The notes beneath the pieces were generated by a model. The model ran no database searches. It was not told where the DNA came from and worked only from the letters and a program-made list of their open reading frames with translations. Both the position numbers and the translations under genes were made by a program. 64,000 nt of DNA from an uncultured Bacilli bacterium (lineage in GTDB: Bacteria; Bacillota_I; Bacilli_A; RF39; UBA660). Below, in pieces: positions 45,746 to 57,013 of this stretch; position 1 is the first letter of the stretch, and every line of letters starts with the position of its first letter. The stretch is taken from positions 696 through 64,695 of the forward strand of contig CAKPFD010000005.1 in NCBI GenBank assembly GCA_934149515.1, read 5' to 3'.

Positions 45746-47818
45746 ATGAAGATAGATCAAATCATGAAAAAAATAAAAACAAACAAACAAAAAATATTCA
45801 TGGTAGTAGCAATTATCGCATTATTTGCAGCAGTCGTTGGTGTCAGTTATGCAGCTTTTTCTTATACTAGAACAGGTGAGAAGTTAAATGCTATTACAAC
45901 AGGTGTTATCAGAATGAGTTATGAAGAAAGTAGTAATGTTATCTCTATTGATAAAGCCTTACCAACAACAGATACCACTGGAAAGGTACGTTTAAAAGAA
46001 GGTGAATATTTTGATTTTACGTTATCTACAACCATTCAAGGAACAACCAATGTCAATTGGGAGATTGCAGCACAAGATGTCACAACTGGTAGCAAGAAAA
46101 TTGATGGTAAATATATCAAACTATATCTAACAGAAGTAGATAGTGCAGGAACAGAAACAGAAGTAATGGCGCCAGCAACTTATAGTACTGATGCTAGTGC
46201 AAATGATTATACAGGAAGGCCAGCTAACATGATGAGTTTAGCAATGGGATCAACCTCTACAACTTTTAACAAAAAATACCGTTTAAGAATGTATGTAGAT
46301 GAATCATATAATCCACAAGGGGATGGAGGAAACTTAGTATTTTCCGTTAAAGTAAATGCTTATGGTAAGACAGGAGAGAAAAACACTACTACATCTAGTA
46401 CAGTTACAAAACTCTTATCAGGTTTAGGAACCAATGCTGTTGTTGATACCTCTGATTCAGAACAAACCTTTATTACAGGAATTGATCCTAATAACTATAT
46501 TTGGTATAGTGGAAAGCTATGGAGAGCAGTATCAATTGACCCATCCGATAACAGTGTCAAATTAATAACACAATGGAATATATCAGCAGTACCATACAAT
46601 GCATCAGATAATGCAGCCTTTGAAGGAAGTTATATGCAGCAATGGTTGAATGATACAACGAGAGATGGTTTCTTAGGAAATTTAAGAAATTATCAAGACT
46701 TTATTAAAACTGATAGTGTGTGGAATGCATCAGAACCAACGGTGATTATAAAACCGGCAAAAACAACTATGGTAACAAGTGCCGTAGGATTGTTAAATGC
46801 TTATGAGTATACTATGAGTTATAAAAATACAACAGCTACAAATGGCTATTTAAATAATGACTTATATTGGTGGACATTAACACCCAAACACAACGCTACG
46901 GTTGCCAGCGTCTATTGTGTGGGCAGCAGTGGCAATGCGAGCGGCAGCTGCGATGTTAAGTATTCGGATGGTTGCCGTCCCACGATTAATCTAAAATCTA
47001 ATGTAGAAATCGTATCAGGTTCTGGAACAGCAAGTGATCCATATCGCTTAAAAGGAGATGATGATACACCAGCAGCAGGAACAAAACTAACAACAAGATA
47101 TAGTGGAGAATACATTCGCTTTGGAACCGGAGACAATAATCTCTATCAAATTGTTAGCCATGAAACAGAAGGAACTACTAAAATAGTAAGTGCTACTCCA
47201 TTAAAAGAAAGCGGAAGTTATAAAACAATACAATTTGATAATGGTTCATCATCAACTGCAATAAAAGATTTTTCAAGTAGTATCTATAGAAAAATGAGTA
47301 ATTACGAAAATTATATAGCAGCACCAGACGTAGGAGTACCAGGAGGTACTCCTGATAATCCACTTTATTCAAGTAGTAATACAATAGGAAGTTTCTTGAA
47401 TGGAGAATATCTAACAAGTGGAAATTATCTAACAACTGCTCAAGTAAATATGATCGAAGATAATACAACCTGGTATTTGGGAACAGTAGGAGCTGGTACA
47501 AGCTATAAATTAGCAAAATATGCAAGTGCAACAAGTACTAATTTAACCTCAAATACCACAATAGCAAAAGTTGGACTATTAAGATATGGGGAATTAAATT
47601 CTGGGCAATTTGATAGATTTGGAAATAATACAAATTATTGGACATTAACACCATATACGTCTAGCGTCCATTATGTGAGAAACTATGGCGGTGTGGACGA
47701 CAGTGGTGTTAAGTATTCGAGCGGGTGTCGCCCCACGATTAATCTAAAATCAAACGTTGTGATCACAAGTGGTGATGGTACGAAAAAAAATCCATTTGAA
47801 GTGAAATTAGCAGGATAA
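45746..47818 (+). CDS. Surface/secreted protein A (690 aa): N-terminal signal-anchor, beta-rich module, two lectin-like modules ending ...CRPTINLKSNV..SG.GT...P(Y/F)
   Basis: RBS aaaggga. N-terminus ...IFMVVAIIALFAAVVGVSYAAFSYTRTGE. There are two copies of the pattern YWWTLTP / YWTLTP...(GC-rich patch)...CRPTINL. It is a paralog of 59475-61514. Confidence 0.8.
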   Translation: MKIDQIMKKIKTNKQKIFMVVAIIALFAAVVGVSYAAFSYTRTGEKLNAITTGVIRMSYEESSNVISIDKALPTTDTTGKVRLKEGEYFDFTLSTTIQGTTNVNWEIAAQDVTTGSKKIDGKYIKLYLTEVDSAGTETEVMAPATYSTDASANDYTGRPANMMSLAMGSTSTTFNKKYRLRMYVDESYNPQGDGGNLVFSVKVNAYGKTGEKNTTTSSTVTKLLSGLGTNAVVDTSDSEQTFITGIDPNNYIWYSGKLWRAVSIDPSDNSVKLITQWNISAVPYNASDNAAFEGSYMQQWLNDTTRDGFLGNLRNYQDFIKTDSVWNASEPTVIIKPAKTTMVTSAVGLLNAYEYTMSYKNTTATNGYLNNDLYWWTLTPKHNATVASVYCVGSSGNASGSCDVKYSDGCRPTINLKSNVEIVSGSGTASDPYRLKGDDDTPAAGTKLTTRYSGEYIRFGTGDNNLYQIVSHETEGTTKIVSATPLKESGSYKTIQFDNGSSSTAIKDFSSSIYRKMSNYENYIAAPDVGVPGGTPDNPLYSSSNTIGSFLNGEYLTSGNYLTTAQVNMIEDNTTWYLGTVGAGTSYKLAKYASATSTNLTSNTTIAKVGLLRYGELNSGQFDRFGNNTNYWTLTPYTSSVHYVRNYGGVDDSGVKYSSGCRPTINLKSNVVITSGDGTKKNPFEVKLAG
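46907..46981 (+). repeat. Variable-repeat-like patch VR1 (in frame, module 1 of protein A)
   Basis: agcgtctattgtgtgggcagcagtggcaatgcgagcggcagctgcgatgttaagtattcggatggttgccgtccc. It aligns to 47924-47995 with one extra codon. Over 21 aligned codons, 13 of 20 substitutions fall at template adenines. Local GC is far above the surroundings. Confidence 0.55.
47663..47734 (+). repeat. Variable-repeat-like patch VR2 (module 2 of protein A)
   Basis: agcgtccattatgtgagaaactatggcggtgtggacgacagtggtgttaagtattcgagcgggtgtcgcccc. Over 21 codons, 11 of 20 differences from the template-like repeat are at template adenines. Confidence 0.5.
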
Positions 47819-47820
47819 TG

Positions 47821-47855
47821 TTTTTTCGGTGCAGATGTTCCTGAACCGAAAAAAC
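47821..47855. terminator. Terminator hairpin after protein A gene
   Basis: 10-bp stem ttttttcggt / accgaaaaaa. Confidence 0.65.
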
Positions 47856-47923
47856 ATAAAAATTTAAATTTTAGCTATAATTATAAATGTTAATAGATTA
47901 TAGTAGGGAATGATCAAAAAGAA

Positions 47924-47995
47924 AACGCCCGTTATGTAAACAACAATGGCCATGCGAATAACAACGATGTTACGAATTCGAACGGTGGTCGTTCT
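47924..47995 (+). repeat. Template-repeat-like element (AAC/AAT-rich, non-coding copy of the VR segment)
   Basis: aac gcc cgt tat gta aac aac aat ggc cat gcg aat aac aac gat gtt acg aat tcg aac ggt ggt cgt tct. Adenines make up 23 of the first 63 nt and 9 of the first 21 codons are Asn codons. It is intergenic with no ORF context, in the same orientation as the VRs. Homology starts and stops at the VR boundaries. Confidence 0.6.
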
Positions 47996-48065
47996 ATTTT
48001 CCTTTAAACCTAGCTGTTTACAAAAGATGTAAATAGAATAGCTAAAGGGAGTAGATTTCCTTTTT

Positions 48066-48092
48066 AACGTCAAAATATTTTTGACGTTTTTT
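48066..48092 (+). terminator. Strong intrinsic terminator downstream of the template-like repeat
   Basis: Perfect 10-bp stem aacgtcaaaa / ttttgacgtt, 3-nt loop, T6. Confidence 0.75.
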
Positions 48093-48207
48093 GTTTGATT
48101 ATCCCTACCTAGTCCTTTACATACTAAAACATCAAAAAAAGAACTCATTAAAAGTTCTTTTAGTGTATATTAAGTTCAAACTAAATAGTTCAAACAACAT
48201 TTTCTAG

Positions 48208-48284
48208 TGGTGTCCACGACGTGATTCGAACACGTGACCGATCGCTTAGAAGGCGATTGCTCTATCCAGCTGAGCTACGCGGAC
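48208..48284 (-). tRNA. tRNA-Arg (anticodon TCT), CCA encoded
   Basis: The reverse complement GTCCGCGTAGCTCAGCTGGATAGAGCAATCGCCTTCTAAGCGATCGGTCACGTGTTCGAATCACGTCGTGGACACCA folds as a cloverleaf: 7-bp acceptor stem, GCTC/GAGC D stem, ATCGC/GCGAT anticodon stem with loop CTTCTAA, and ACGTG/CACGT T stem with TTCGAAT. Confidence 0.92.
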
Positions 48285-48432
48285 ATCTGAAACAATATTA
48301 ATATATAACATAAATTAACATTTGACAAGATCTTTTTTTCTAATTTGACAAAAAAGATTGTCAACCACCAATACTTTTGATTGACTATCCACACTTTAAG
48401 CCTTAAAATAAAAAAAGAAAAGGAGTCTTATT

Positions 48433-48987
48433 ATGTATCAAAATTATTACCATAAACACTTAATTAAAAGTGCTTGTATTATTGTGTTTTTATTTTTGTT
48501 TGCAATTACCTCTACCTATATTATTTATCATAAATTTGCAAGTCAAAGAAACCAAGACTATGATAGCGGTCAAATGGAAGTTATCTTTCATGACAAAAAT
48601 GGAAATGAAGTAAATTTAACACAATTTACACCAGTAACAGATGCAGTTGGATTAGCAAGTCCATCTTATACATTTACCGTTACAAATAACACTAATCAAG
48701 AAATACATTATAAAATCGTATTAGTAGAAAATAAAGAAAAAGAGCTTGCTTGTGGTTGTAGTGAGCGAAAAATTCCTCAAGAGCTATTAAAAATAAGCTT
48801 TCGAAAAGATCATAGTGCCCCAAATTCTTATGTGTTAGATGAAATAGAAAATAATATCATTCAAGAAGATGTCTTACAACCAAACACAAAAGAAGATTAT
48901 TCCCTTCGTATTTGGGCAATGAATAGTAACTTTATTGTAGATAAAACTAGTCATTATCATGCTAGCATTCAAGTTGTAGAAGAATAG
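48433..48987 (+). CDS. Hypothetical membrane-anchored protein resembling the N-terminal beta-rich module of proteins A/B
   Basis: 184 aa with a TM segment. The layout (...NLTQFTPVTDAVGL..YTFTVTNNTNQEIHYKIVL...DYSLRIWAMN...) parallels ...ISIDKALPTTD..G...YFDFTLST...KKYRLRMYVDES of A/B. Confidence 0.45.
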   Translation: MYQNYYHKHLIKSACIIVFLFLFAITSTYIIYHKFASQRNQDYDSGQMEVIFHDKNGNEVNLTQFTPVTDAVGLASPSYTFTVTNNTNQEIHYKIVLVENKEKELACGCSERKIPQELLKISFRKDHSAPNSYVLDEIENNIIQEDVLQPNTKEDYSLRIWAMNSNFIVDKTSHYHASIQVVEE

Positions 48988-48996
48988 GAGAAAATA

Positions 48997-49176
48997 ATGC
49001 TAAAGAATAATAAAGGGTTTGCTATTACTACCATCTTATATGCCTTAGTTTTAATGCTTTCACTTATTTTATTTTTATTAATCGGGTTACAAAGCTTTGG
49101 TAAAAAAGCAAATGATGATCTAGTAAAAACAGTAACCAAAGAATTAAATCAATGTTTAGAAGATGAAAGTTGCTAA
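48997..49176 (+). CDS. Mini prepilin-like protein (59 aa; below the ORF-track cut-off)
   Basis: RBS aggag 6 nt upstream. MLKNNKG|FAITTILYALVLMLSLILFLLIG... has a pilin-type leader but Thr instead of Glu at +5. Confidence 0.4.
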   Translation: MLKNNKGFAITTILYALVLMLSLILFLLIGLQSFGKKANDDLVKTVTKELNQCLEDESC

Positions 49177-49276
49177 TTTTAATATTATAAAAATCAAAAA
49201 GCAAGGGAATAGAAAAGCCAAATAAAAATGCCAAGTTGTTTTGGTATTTTTTCTAAAGTTTTTTTAGCAAAAACAG

Positions 49277-49305
49277 TTGACAAGTGCTAACAATAAGCAT
49301 ACAAT
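49277..49305 (+). promoter_or_regulatory. SigA-type promoter of the hrcA operon
   Basis: ttgaca-17 nt-tacaat. Confidence 0.7.
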
Positions 49306-49309
49306 GTTA

Positions 49310-49336
49310 TTAGCACTTGAAAAGAAACAGTGCTAG
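49310..49336 (+). promoter_or_regulatory. CIRCE operator (HrcA binding site), near-consensus
   Basis: ttagcactt-gaaaagaaa-cagtgctag compared with the consensus TTAGCACTC-N9-GAGTGCTAA. It lies immediately upstream of hrcA. Confidence 0.8.
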
Positions 49337-49348
49337 GAGGTAGTTTGA

Positions 49349-50335
49349 ATGCTGACAAATCGCCAAAGTAAGATTTTAAAATTAATTGTAGAAAATTATG
49401 TAAAGCAAGCGAAACCTGTAAGTAGTAATCAAATTTGTAAAACGTTAAAATGCTCTAGTGCCACCATTCGAAGTGAAATGGCTTCATTAGAAGAAGAAGG
49501 TTTACTAGAAAAAACCCATACCTCAAGTGGTAGAGTTCCAAGTGAGGAAGGATATCGTTATTATGTTGATTATCTATTAGAACCAAAGAAAATGAATGGA
49601 GAAGATATGTTAAAACTACAAATCATTTTCCATAATCAAACTTTGGAATTATCAGATTGTATTGCTAAAAGCTTACAAGTAATTTCTGATATGACCTCTT
49701 ATACTGCAGTTGTCTTAGGAAAAGCAAGCCATGATAATCTTTTAAAAGAAATAAACGTTGTTCCACTTGCTAGTAATCAGATGATTGTTATCGTTGTAAC
49801 AGATAAAGGTAAAGTAGAACATAAAACAATTACCTTGGATAATGTCAGTATGGATGATGTAAAAAAGACCGTTGATTTAATCAATCATCTAATTGTTGGA
49901 ACACCAATTGATGAAGTGAGCACAAAACTAGAATTTGAAGTAAAACCAATCATCGGTCAATATGTCAGTCAACACGAAAAGCTATATAATGCGATATATC
50001 ATGTGTTTAGCGATTTTGCAAGCCCTGATATTAACGTTGTTGGCAAAACAAAATTCTTAGAACAACCAGAATTTAGTAACATCGATAAAATAAAACATTT
50101 ATTTAATAAATTAGAAGGAAATGATTTAGTTCAAGAAATAAAACAAGATGACTCCAATAACATTGAAGTCTACATCGGAAAAGAAAATAATATCGATGAA
50201 GATGTAACCATCATCAAGACAAACTTTAAAACCAATAGTGAAGAAGGAACAATAGCAATCATCGGCCCAAAACGAATGGAATACGAAAGGGTAATGAATT
50301 TGCTAGAATTTATGAAAGAAAACATTGAAAGGTAG
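49349..50335 (+). CDS. hrcA: Heat-inducible transcription repressor HrcA
   Basis: MLTNRQSKILKLIVENYVKQAKPVSSNQI... winged-helix N-terminus; the operon context is CIRCE-hrcA-grpE-dnaK. Confidence 0.95.
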   Translation: MLTNRQSKILKLIVENYVKQAKPVSSNQICKTLKCSSATIRSEMASLEEEGLLEKTHTSSGRVPSEEGYRYYVDYLLEPKKMNGEDMLKLQIIFHNQTLELSDCIAKSLQVISDMTSYTAVVLGKASHDNLLKEINVVPLASNQMIVIVVTDKGKVEHKTITLDNVSMDDVKKTVDLINHLIVGTPIDEVSTKLEFEVKPIIGQYVSQHEKLYNAIYHVFSDFASPDINVVGKTKFLEQPEFSNIDKIKHLFNKLEGNDLVQEIKQDDSNNIEVYIGKENNIDEDVTIIKTNFKTNSEEGTIAIIGPKRMEYERVMNLLEFMKENIER

Positions 50336-50341
50336 GATAGA

Positions 50342-52802
<2,461 letters not shown>

Positions 52803-52859
52803 AACAAAAGGAGGTAGTCTTTAAAAAAGGCTACCTCTTACACTAATAAGGGAGAATAT

Positions 52860-54656
52860 ATGGATAAAATCTTAACAAGAGATGAAATAAAAGAAGAAGA
52901 TAAATGGGATGTTGATATGCTTTATCAAACTAAAGAAGAATTTGATAAAGATTATCAGCGAATACAAAACATGATAAATGAATTAGCAAATTACAAAGAT
53001 ACATTCTTAAAAACAAAAGAAAATTTTAAGCAAATGTTGTTGCTAAATGAAAAAACAAGTCGTCTATTAGAAAAATTATATACTTATGCTAACCTAAAAA
53101 GTAATGAAAATATGGATAATCCAATGTATCAAGAATTAATAGGAAAAGCAAGTACGTTATACCAAGACTATCAAGAAAAATTAGCTTACTTCGAACCTAT
53201 GCTATTAAAAGAAAAAGAAGATACTATCAAAGATTATCTACAACAAGAAGAAATTAAACAATATACCCATACCATCTTAGATACCATGCGCTACAAAGGT
53301 CATAGCATGAGTGAAGAAGAACAAAAAGTACTATCTGCCTTTTTAAAAACATTAGAATCAGGTAGTAACGCTGCCAGTTATTTAATGGATGCAGATATGC
53401 GTTTTGGTAATATTATAGACGAAAATGGAAAAGAAGTAGAATTAACAGAAAGTAATTATGGTATTTATTTACGTAGTAAAAATAGAGAAGTAAGAAAAGC
53501 AGCATTCATGAGAATGCAAGAAGTATTTGGAAGTTATAAAAATACACTAACAGCAACGTTATCCGGTGTTGTGTATGAATCTGCAACAAGTGCTAGATGG
53601 AATCATTTTGCTTCCTCTTTAGAAGCGACACTTTATGCAAATGATATACCAGTAAAACTATATGATAATCTAATTACTTGTGTCCATGAACATTTACCGC
53701 TTTTATATCAATATTTTGATCTAAAAAAACAAGCTTTAGATTTAGATGAATTTCATCTATATGATGGTTATGTTAACACAGTAGATACCATTCATACAAA
53801 ATACCCATTTGAAAAAGGAAAAGAACTTGTATTAGAAGCTTTATCTGTATTAGGAGAAGAATATATAGAAATCTTAAAGAAAGCCTTCGAAGAAAACTGG
53901 ATAGATAAATATCCAAATCGAGGAAAAACCGGTGGAGCCTATTCTTCAGGATGCTATGATACAAAACCATATGTTTTACTAAATTACACTAACACATATG
54001 ATGATGTATCTACCTTAGCACATGAATTAGGACATTCAATGCATAGCTATTTTTCAGTTCATAACAATGACTATGCAAACTATTCATATCCCTTATTTTT
54101 AGCAGAAATTGCTTCCACAGTTAATGAATTATTATTTTCATATTACATGGAACAACATACAGATGATAAAAAAGAAAAACAAGCAATTTTAAATGAAAGA
54201 TTAGATATGTTTAAAGCAACTGTCTTTCGTCAGACAATGTTTGCAGAATTTGAACAACACATGCATCATATGGCAGATAAACAAGCAATTCTAACAGCCG
54301 AACAACTAAGCAATGACTACTACGAACTAAATAAACTTTATTTCGGTAAAAACGTTGTAGTAGATGATGTCATTCGCTATGAATGGTTAAGAATTCCACA
54401 TTTTTATCGACCATTTTATGTGTATCAATATGCAACAGGTCTTTCCATTGCTGCCTATATTGCCAAAAATATTCTAGAACAACAAGAAGGATTCAAAGAA
54501 AAATATCTTACCTTCTTAAAAGCAGGAGGAAGTAACTATCCACTTGAAACCTTAAAAATCATCGATGTTGATCTAACTGATACAAAAGTATTTGAAGAAG
54601 CAATGGAAATGTTTAAAAATACAATGGAAGAATATCAAAAAGTAAGTAATAGATAG
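52860..54656 (+). CDS. pepF: Oligoendopeptidase F (M3B)
   Basis: HELGHSMH zinc motif, with overall length and N-terminal pattern typical of PepF. Confidence 0.88.
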   Translation: MDKILTRDEIKEEDKWDVDMLYQTKEEFDKDYQRIQNMINELANYKDTFLKTKENFKQMLLLNEKTSRLLEKLYTYANLKSNENMDNPMYQELIGKASTLYQDYQEKLAYFEPMLLKEKEDTIKDYLQQEEIKQYTHTILDTMRYKGHSMSEEEQKVLSAFLKTLESGSNAASYLMDADMRFGNIIDENGKEVELTESNYGIYLRSKNREVRKAAFMRMQEVFGSYKNTLTATLSGVVYESATSARWNHFASSLEATLYANDIPVKLYDNLITCVHEHLPLLYQYFDLKKQALDLDEFHLYDGYVNTVDTIHTKYPFEKGKELVLEALSVLGEEYIEILKKAFEENWIDKYPNRGKTGGAYSSGCYDTKPYVLLNYTNTYDDVSTLAHELGHSMHSYFSVHNNDYANYSYPLFLAEIASTVNELLFSYYMEQHTDDKKEKQAILNERLDMFKATVFRQTMFAEFEQHMHHMADKQAILTAEQLSNDYYELNKLYFGKNVVVDDVIRYEWLRIPHFYRPFYVYQYATGLSIAAYIAKNILEQQEGFKEKYLTFLKAGGSNYPLETLKIIDVDLTDTKVFEEAMEMFKNTMEEYQKVSNR

Positions 54657-54667
54657 GAAGTGAAACT

Positions 54668-55813
54668 ATGGCAACAAAAAGAGATTATTATGAAGTATTA
54701 GGAGTTGATAAATCAGCAAGTCAAGACGAAATTAAAAGTGCTTTTCGAAAACTTGCTAAGAAATATCACCCTGATTTAAATAAAGAAGCTGATGCTGCCG
54801 AAAAATTCAAAGAAGTACAAGAAGCCTATTCTGTTTTATCTGATGAATCAAAAAGAAAACAATATGATCAATTTGGTCATGCAGCCTTTAGCGGAGCTGG
54901 AGCCGGAGCTTCTAATGGCTATGGTGGATTCAATGGTGCAGGATTTGGTTTTGATGCTAGTGATTTAGGAGACATCTTTGAAGATTTATTTGGAGGTGGC
55001 TTTGGTTTTGGAGGTAGTACTAGCCGTGGCAGTTCATCAAGAGCACGCCGAGGTAATGACGTTTTAATGGAAGTTGACTTAAGCTTTATGGAAGCTGCTT
55101 TCGGTTGTGAAAAAGATTTTGATCTAGATGTTGTAGAAGAATGTGATAACTGTAACGGTAAGGGTGGTTTTGGAGAAAAAACTTGTCAAACCTGTCATGG
55201 AAGTGGTACTATTACTTCTCAACAAAGAACCATACTAGGATCCTTCATGACAAAATCTCCATGTCCAGATTGTAATGGCAAAGGAAAAACTTTCGATAGA
55301 ACTTGTTCAGAATGCAAAGGAAAAGGTAGAAAGAAAGCAAGAAAAACCATTACTGTCAATATACCAAGTGGTATTGATACGCAAGAACGTTTACGAGTAC
55401 CAGGAAAAGGTCAAGCAGGCGAAAATGGCGGACCAAACGGTGATTTATACTTAGAATTCAAAGTTGGAACCCATCGTTTTTACAAACGAGACGGAAATGA
55501 TATTTATCTAGATGTACCAATTACAATCGTTGAAGCTACCCTAGGAGCCAAAAAAGAAATACCAACACTATATGGTAATGTAACATTGACAATACCAGCA
55601 GGTACTGACAGTCAAACCAAACAGAGAATTCGTGGTAAAGGAATTAAAAACGAAACAACAAAAAGAACCGGCGATATGTATGTTGTATTCCAAGTACAAA
55701 CACCAAAGAAATTAACAAGAGATCAGAAAAAACTATTTGAAGCCTTAAAAGACACCAATTTTAAAGATAGTGAAATTACAAAATTTGATGATTTTACCGC
55801 TCAACAAAAATAG
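54668..55813 (+). CDS. dnaJ: Co-chaperone DnaJ
   Basis: J domain with KKYHPDLNK, a G/F region, and four CxxCxGxG zinc-finger repeats. Confidence 0.95.
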   Translation: MATKRDYYEVLGVDKSASQDEIKSAFRKLAKKYHPDLNKEADAAEKFKEVQEAYSVLSDESKRKQYDQFGHAAFSGAGAGASNGYGGFNGAGFGFDASDLGDIFEDLFGGGFGFGGSTSRGSSSRARRGNDVLMEVDLSFMEAAFGCEKDFDLDVVEECDNCNGKGGFGEKTCQTCHGSGTITSQQRTILGSFMTKSPCPDCNGKGKTFDRTCSECKGKGRKKARKTITVNIPSGIDTQERLRVPGKGQAGENGGPNGDLYLEFKVGTHRFYKRDGNDIYLDVPITIVEATLGAKKEIPTLYGNVTLTIPAGTDSQTKQRIRGKGIKNETTKRTGDMYVVFQVQTPKKLTRDQKKLFEALKDTNFKDSEITKFDDFTAQQK

Positions 55814-55845
55814 ATTAGCACTTTTCTAATCTATTTTCTTTTCTG
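55811..55845 (+). terminator. Intrinsic terminator after dnaJ
   Basis: Stem tagattag / ctaatcta plus a T-rich tail; it overlaps the stop codon. Confidence 0.65.
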
Positions 55846-55919
55846 CCAAGAATGATGGGCTATATTTTTCAAGAAATTTGTGGTAAAATAAAAAAATAAA
55901 TGGAAAAAGGGATGATGAT

Positions 55920-56336
55920 ATGCGTAAATTAACTGATGATGGCTTAATTTTTATTGACAAGCAAGGACAAATAACACGATATGAACGAACAGCAGGAATT
56001 CAACATAATGATCTTTTACATCAATATCAAAAAATAAAACATTATGATGAAGTAGATAGAACAGATATTGCTAAAAATAAACAAGAAATTCTATTTTATA
56101 TCTATAACAAAGATCAAGCAGCAGCCTTCTTACCTAAAACACTAACAGATGAACAACTGTATTCTTTAGAATTACTACAAGAAGGAATGGATAGCTTGCA
56201 ATTATTAGAAGTAAGAAAGTATAAAGAACAAGATTATCAAGATTTTATATTAACAGGAGATGATATTGCAGATCAGTTTTCAAATGAAGTGATCCAGTCT
56301 TATTTTACAAAATCATCAAAAAGGAAGGCGAAATAA
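55920..56336 (+). CDS. Hypothetical protein
   Basis: 138-aa ORF; RBS aaaaggga. Confidence 0.45.
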   Translation: MRKLTDDGLIFIDKQGQITRYERTAGIQHNDLLHQYQKIKHYDEVDRTDIAKNKQEILFYIYNKDQAAAFLPKTLTDEQLYSLELLQEGMDSLQLLEVRKYKEQDYQDFILTGDDIADQFSNEVIQSYFTKSSKRKAK

Positions 56337-56339
56337 TAT

Positions 56340-57005
56340 ATGGTAGAACTATTTGAAAAATTACATATTAAACCAAAAGATTTAACCCTTTACAACATTG
56401 CTTTTTCTCATTCATCTTATGCGAACGAACACAAAGCCAAAAAAGATTATGAACGCTTAGAATTTTTAGGAGATGCAGTGGTTGATTTAGTAGTAGCAGA
56501 TTACTTATACAACAACTATAGTGAAACAGAAGGAGAAATGACAAAAGTAAGAGCAAGTTATGTTTGCGAAAATGCCCTTTATACTTACTCAACGCAATTA
56601 GGCTTAAATCAATACATTAGAGTAGGGCATGGAGAAGAACATAGTGGTGGTAAATTCAAAAAAGCAATCGTTGCTGATATTTTTGAAGCTCTAATGGGAG
56701 CCATTTACTTAGATTTAGGATATGCAACAGTAAGAAATGTCATCTTAAAAATTGTCATTCCCTACATTGAAGATCCAACTATCTCTTTCTTTGAAGATTA
56801 TAAATCAGCTCTTCAAGAAGCAGTGCAAACAACCAAAAAAAGCTTATTTTATGAACTAATAGAAGAAAGTGGACCACCACATAATAAAACATTTACCATG
56901 CAAGTAAAAATTGACAATATCATCTATGGGAAAGGAACTGGCAATAGTAAAAAAGAAGCTGAGCAGGAAGCTGCCAAAAACGCTTTAGAAAAACTAGCCT
57001 CTTAA
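56340..57005 (+). CDS. rnc: Ribonuclease III
   Basis: ERLEFLGDAVV signature, a catalytic E in DIFEALMGAIYLD, and a C-terminal dsRBD (...GPPHNKTF...GKGTGNSKKEAEQEAAKNAL). Confidence 0.9.
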   Translation: MVELFEKLHIKPKDLTLYNIAFSHSSYANEHKAKKDYERLEFLGDAVVDLVVADYLYNNYSETEGEMTKVRASYVCENALYTYSTQLGLNQYIRVGHGEEHSGGKFKKAIVADIFEALMGAIYLDLGYATVRNVILKIVIPYIEDPTISFFEDYKSALQEAVQTTKKSLFYELIEESGPPHNKTFTMQVKIDNIIYGKGTGNSKKEAEQEAAKNALEKLAS

Positions 57006-57013
57006 GACATATT

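Noticed and set aside
46912-47136. Minus-strand ORFs overlapping the VR patches (46912-47136 here, and likewise 60626-60814).
   Set aside because: They exist only because the locally GC-rich VR segments lack stop codons on the opposite strand. They lie fully inside well-supported plus-strand genes.
47864-48148. 94-aa minus-strand ORF covering the template-like repeat and its terminator.
   Set aside because: It has no RBS and a low-complexity translation. It runs antisense through a terminator hairpin and shows no RT, Avd or other motif. I treat it as a chance ORF. It is not the missing DGR accessory gene.
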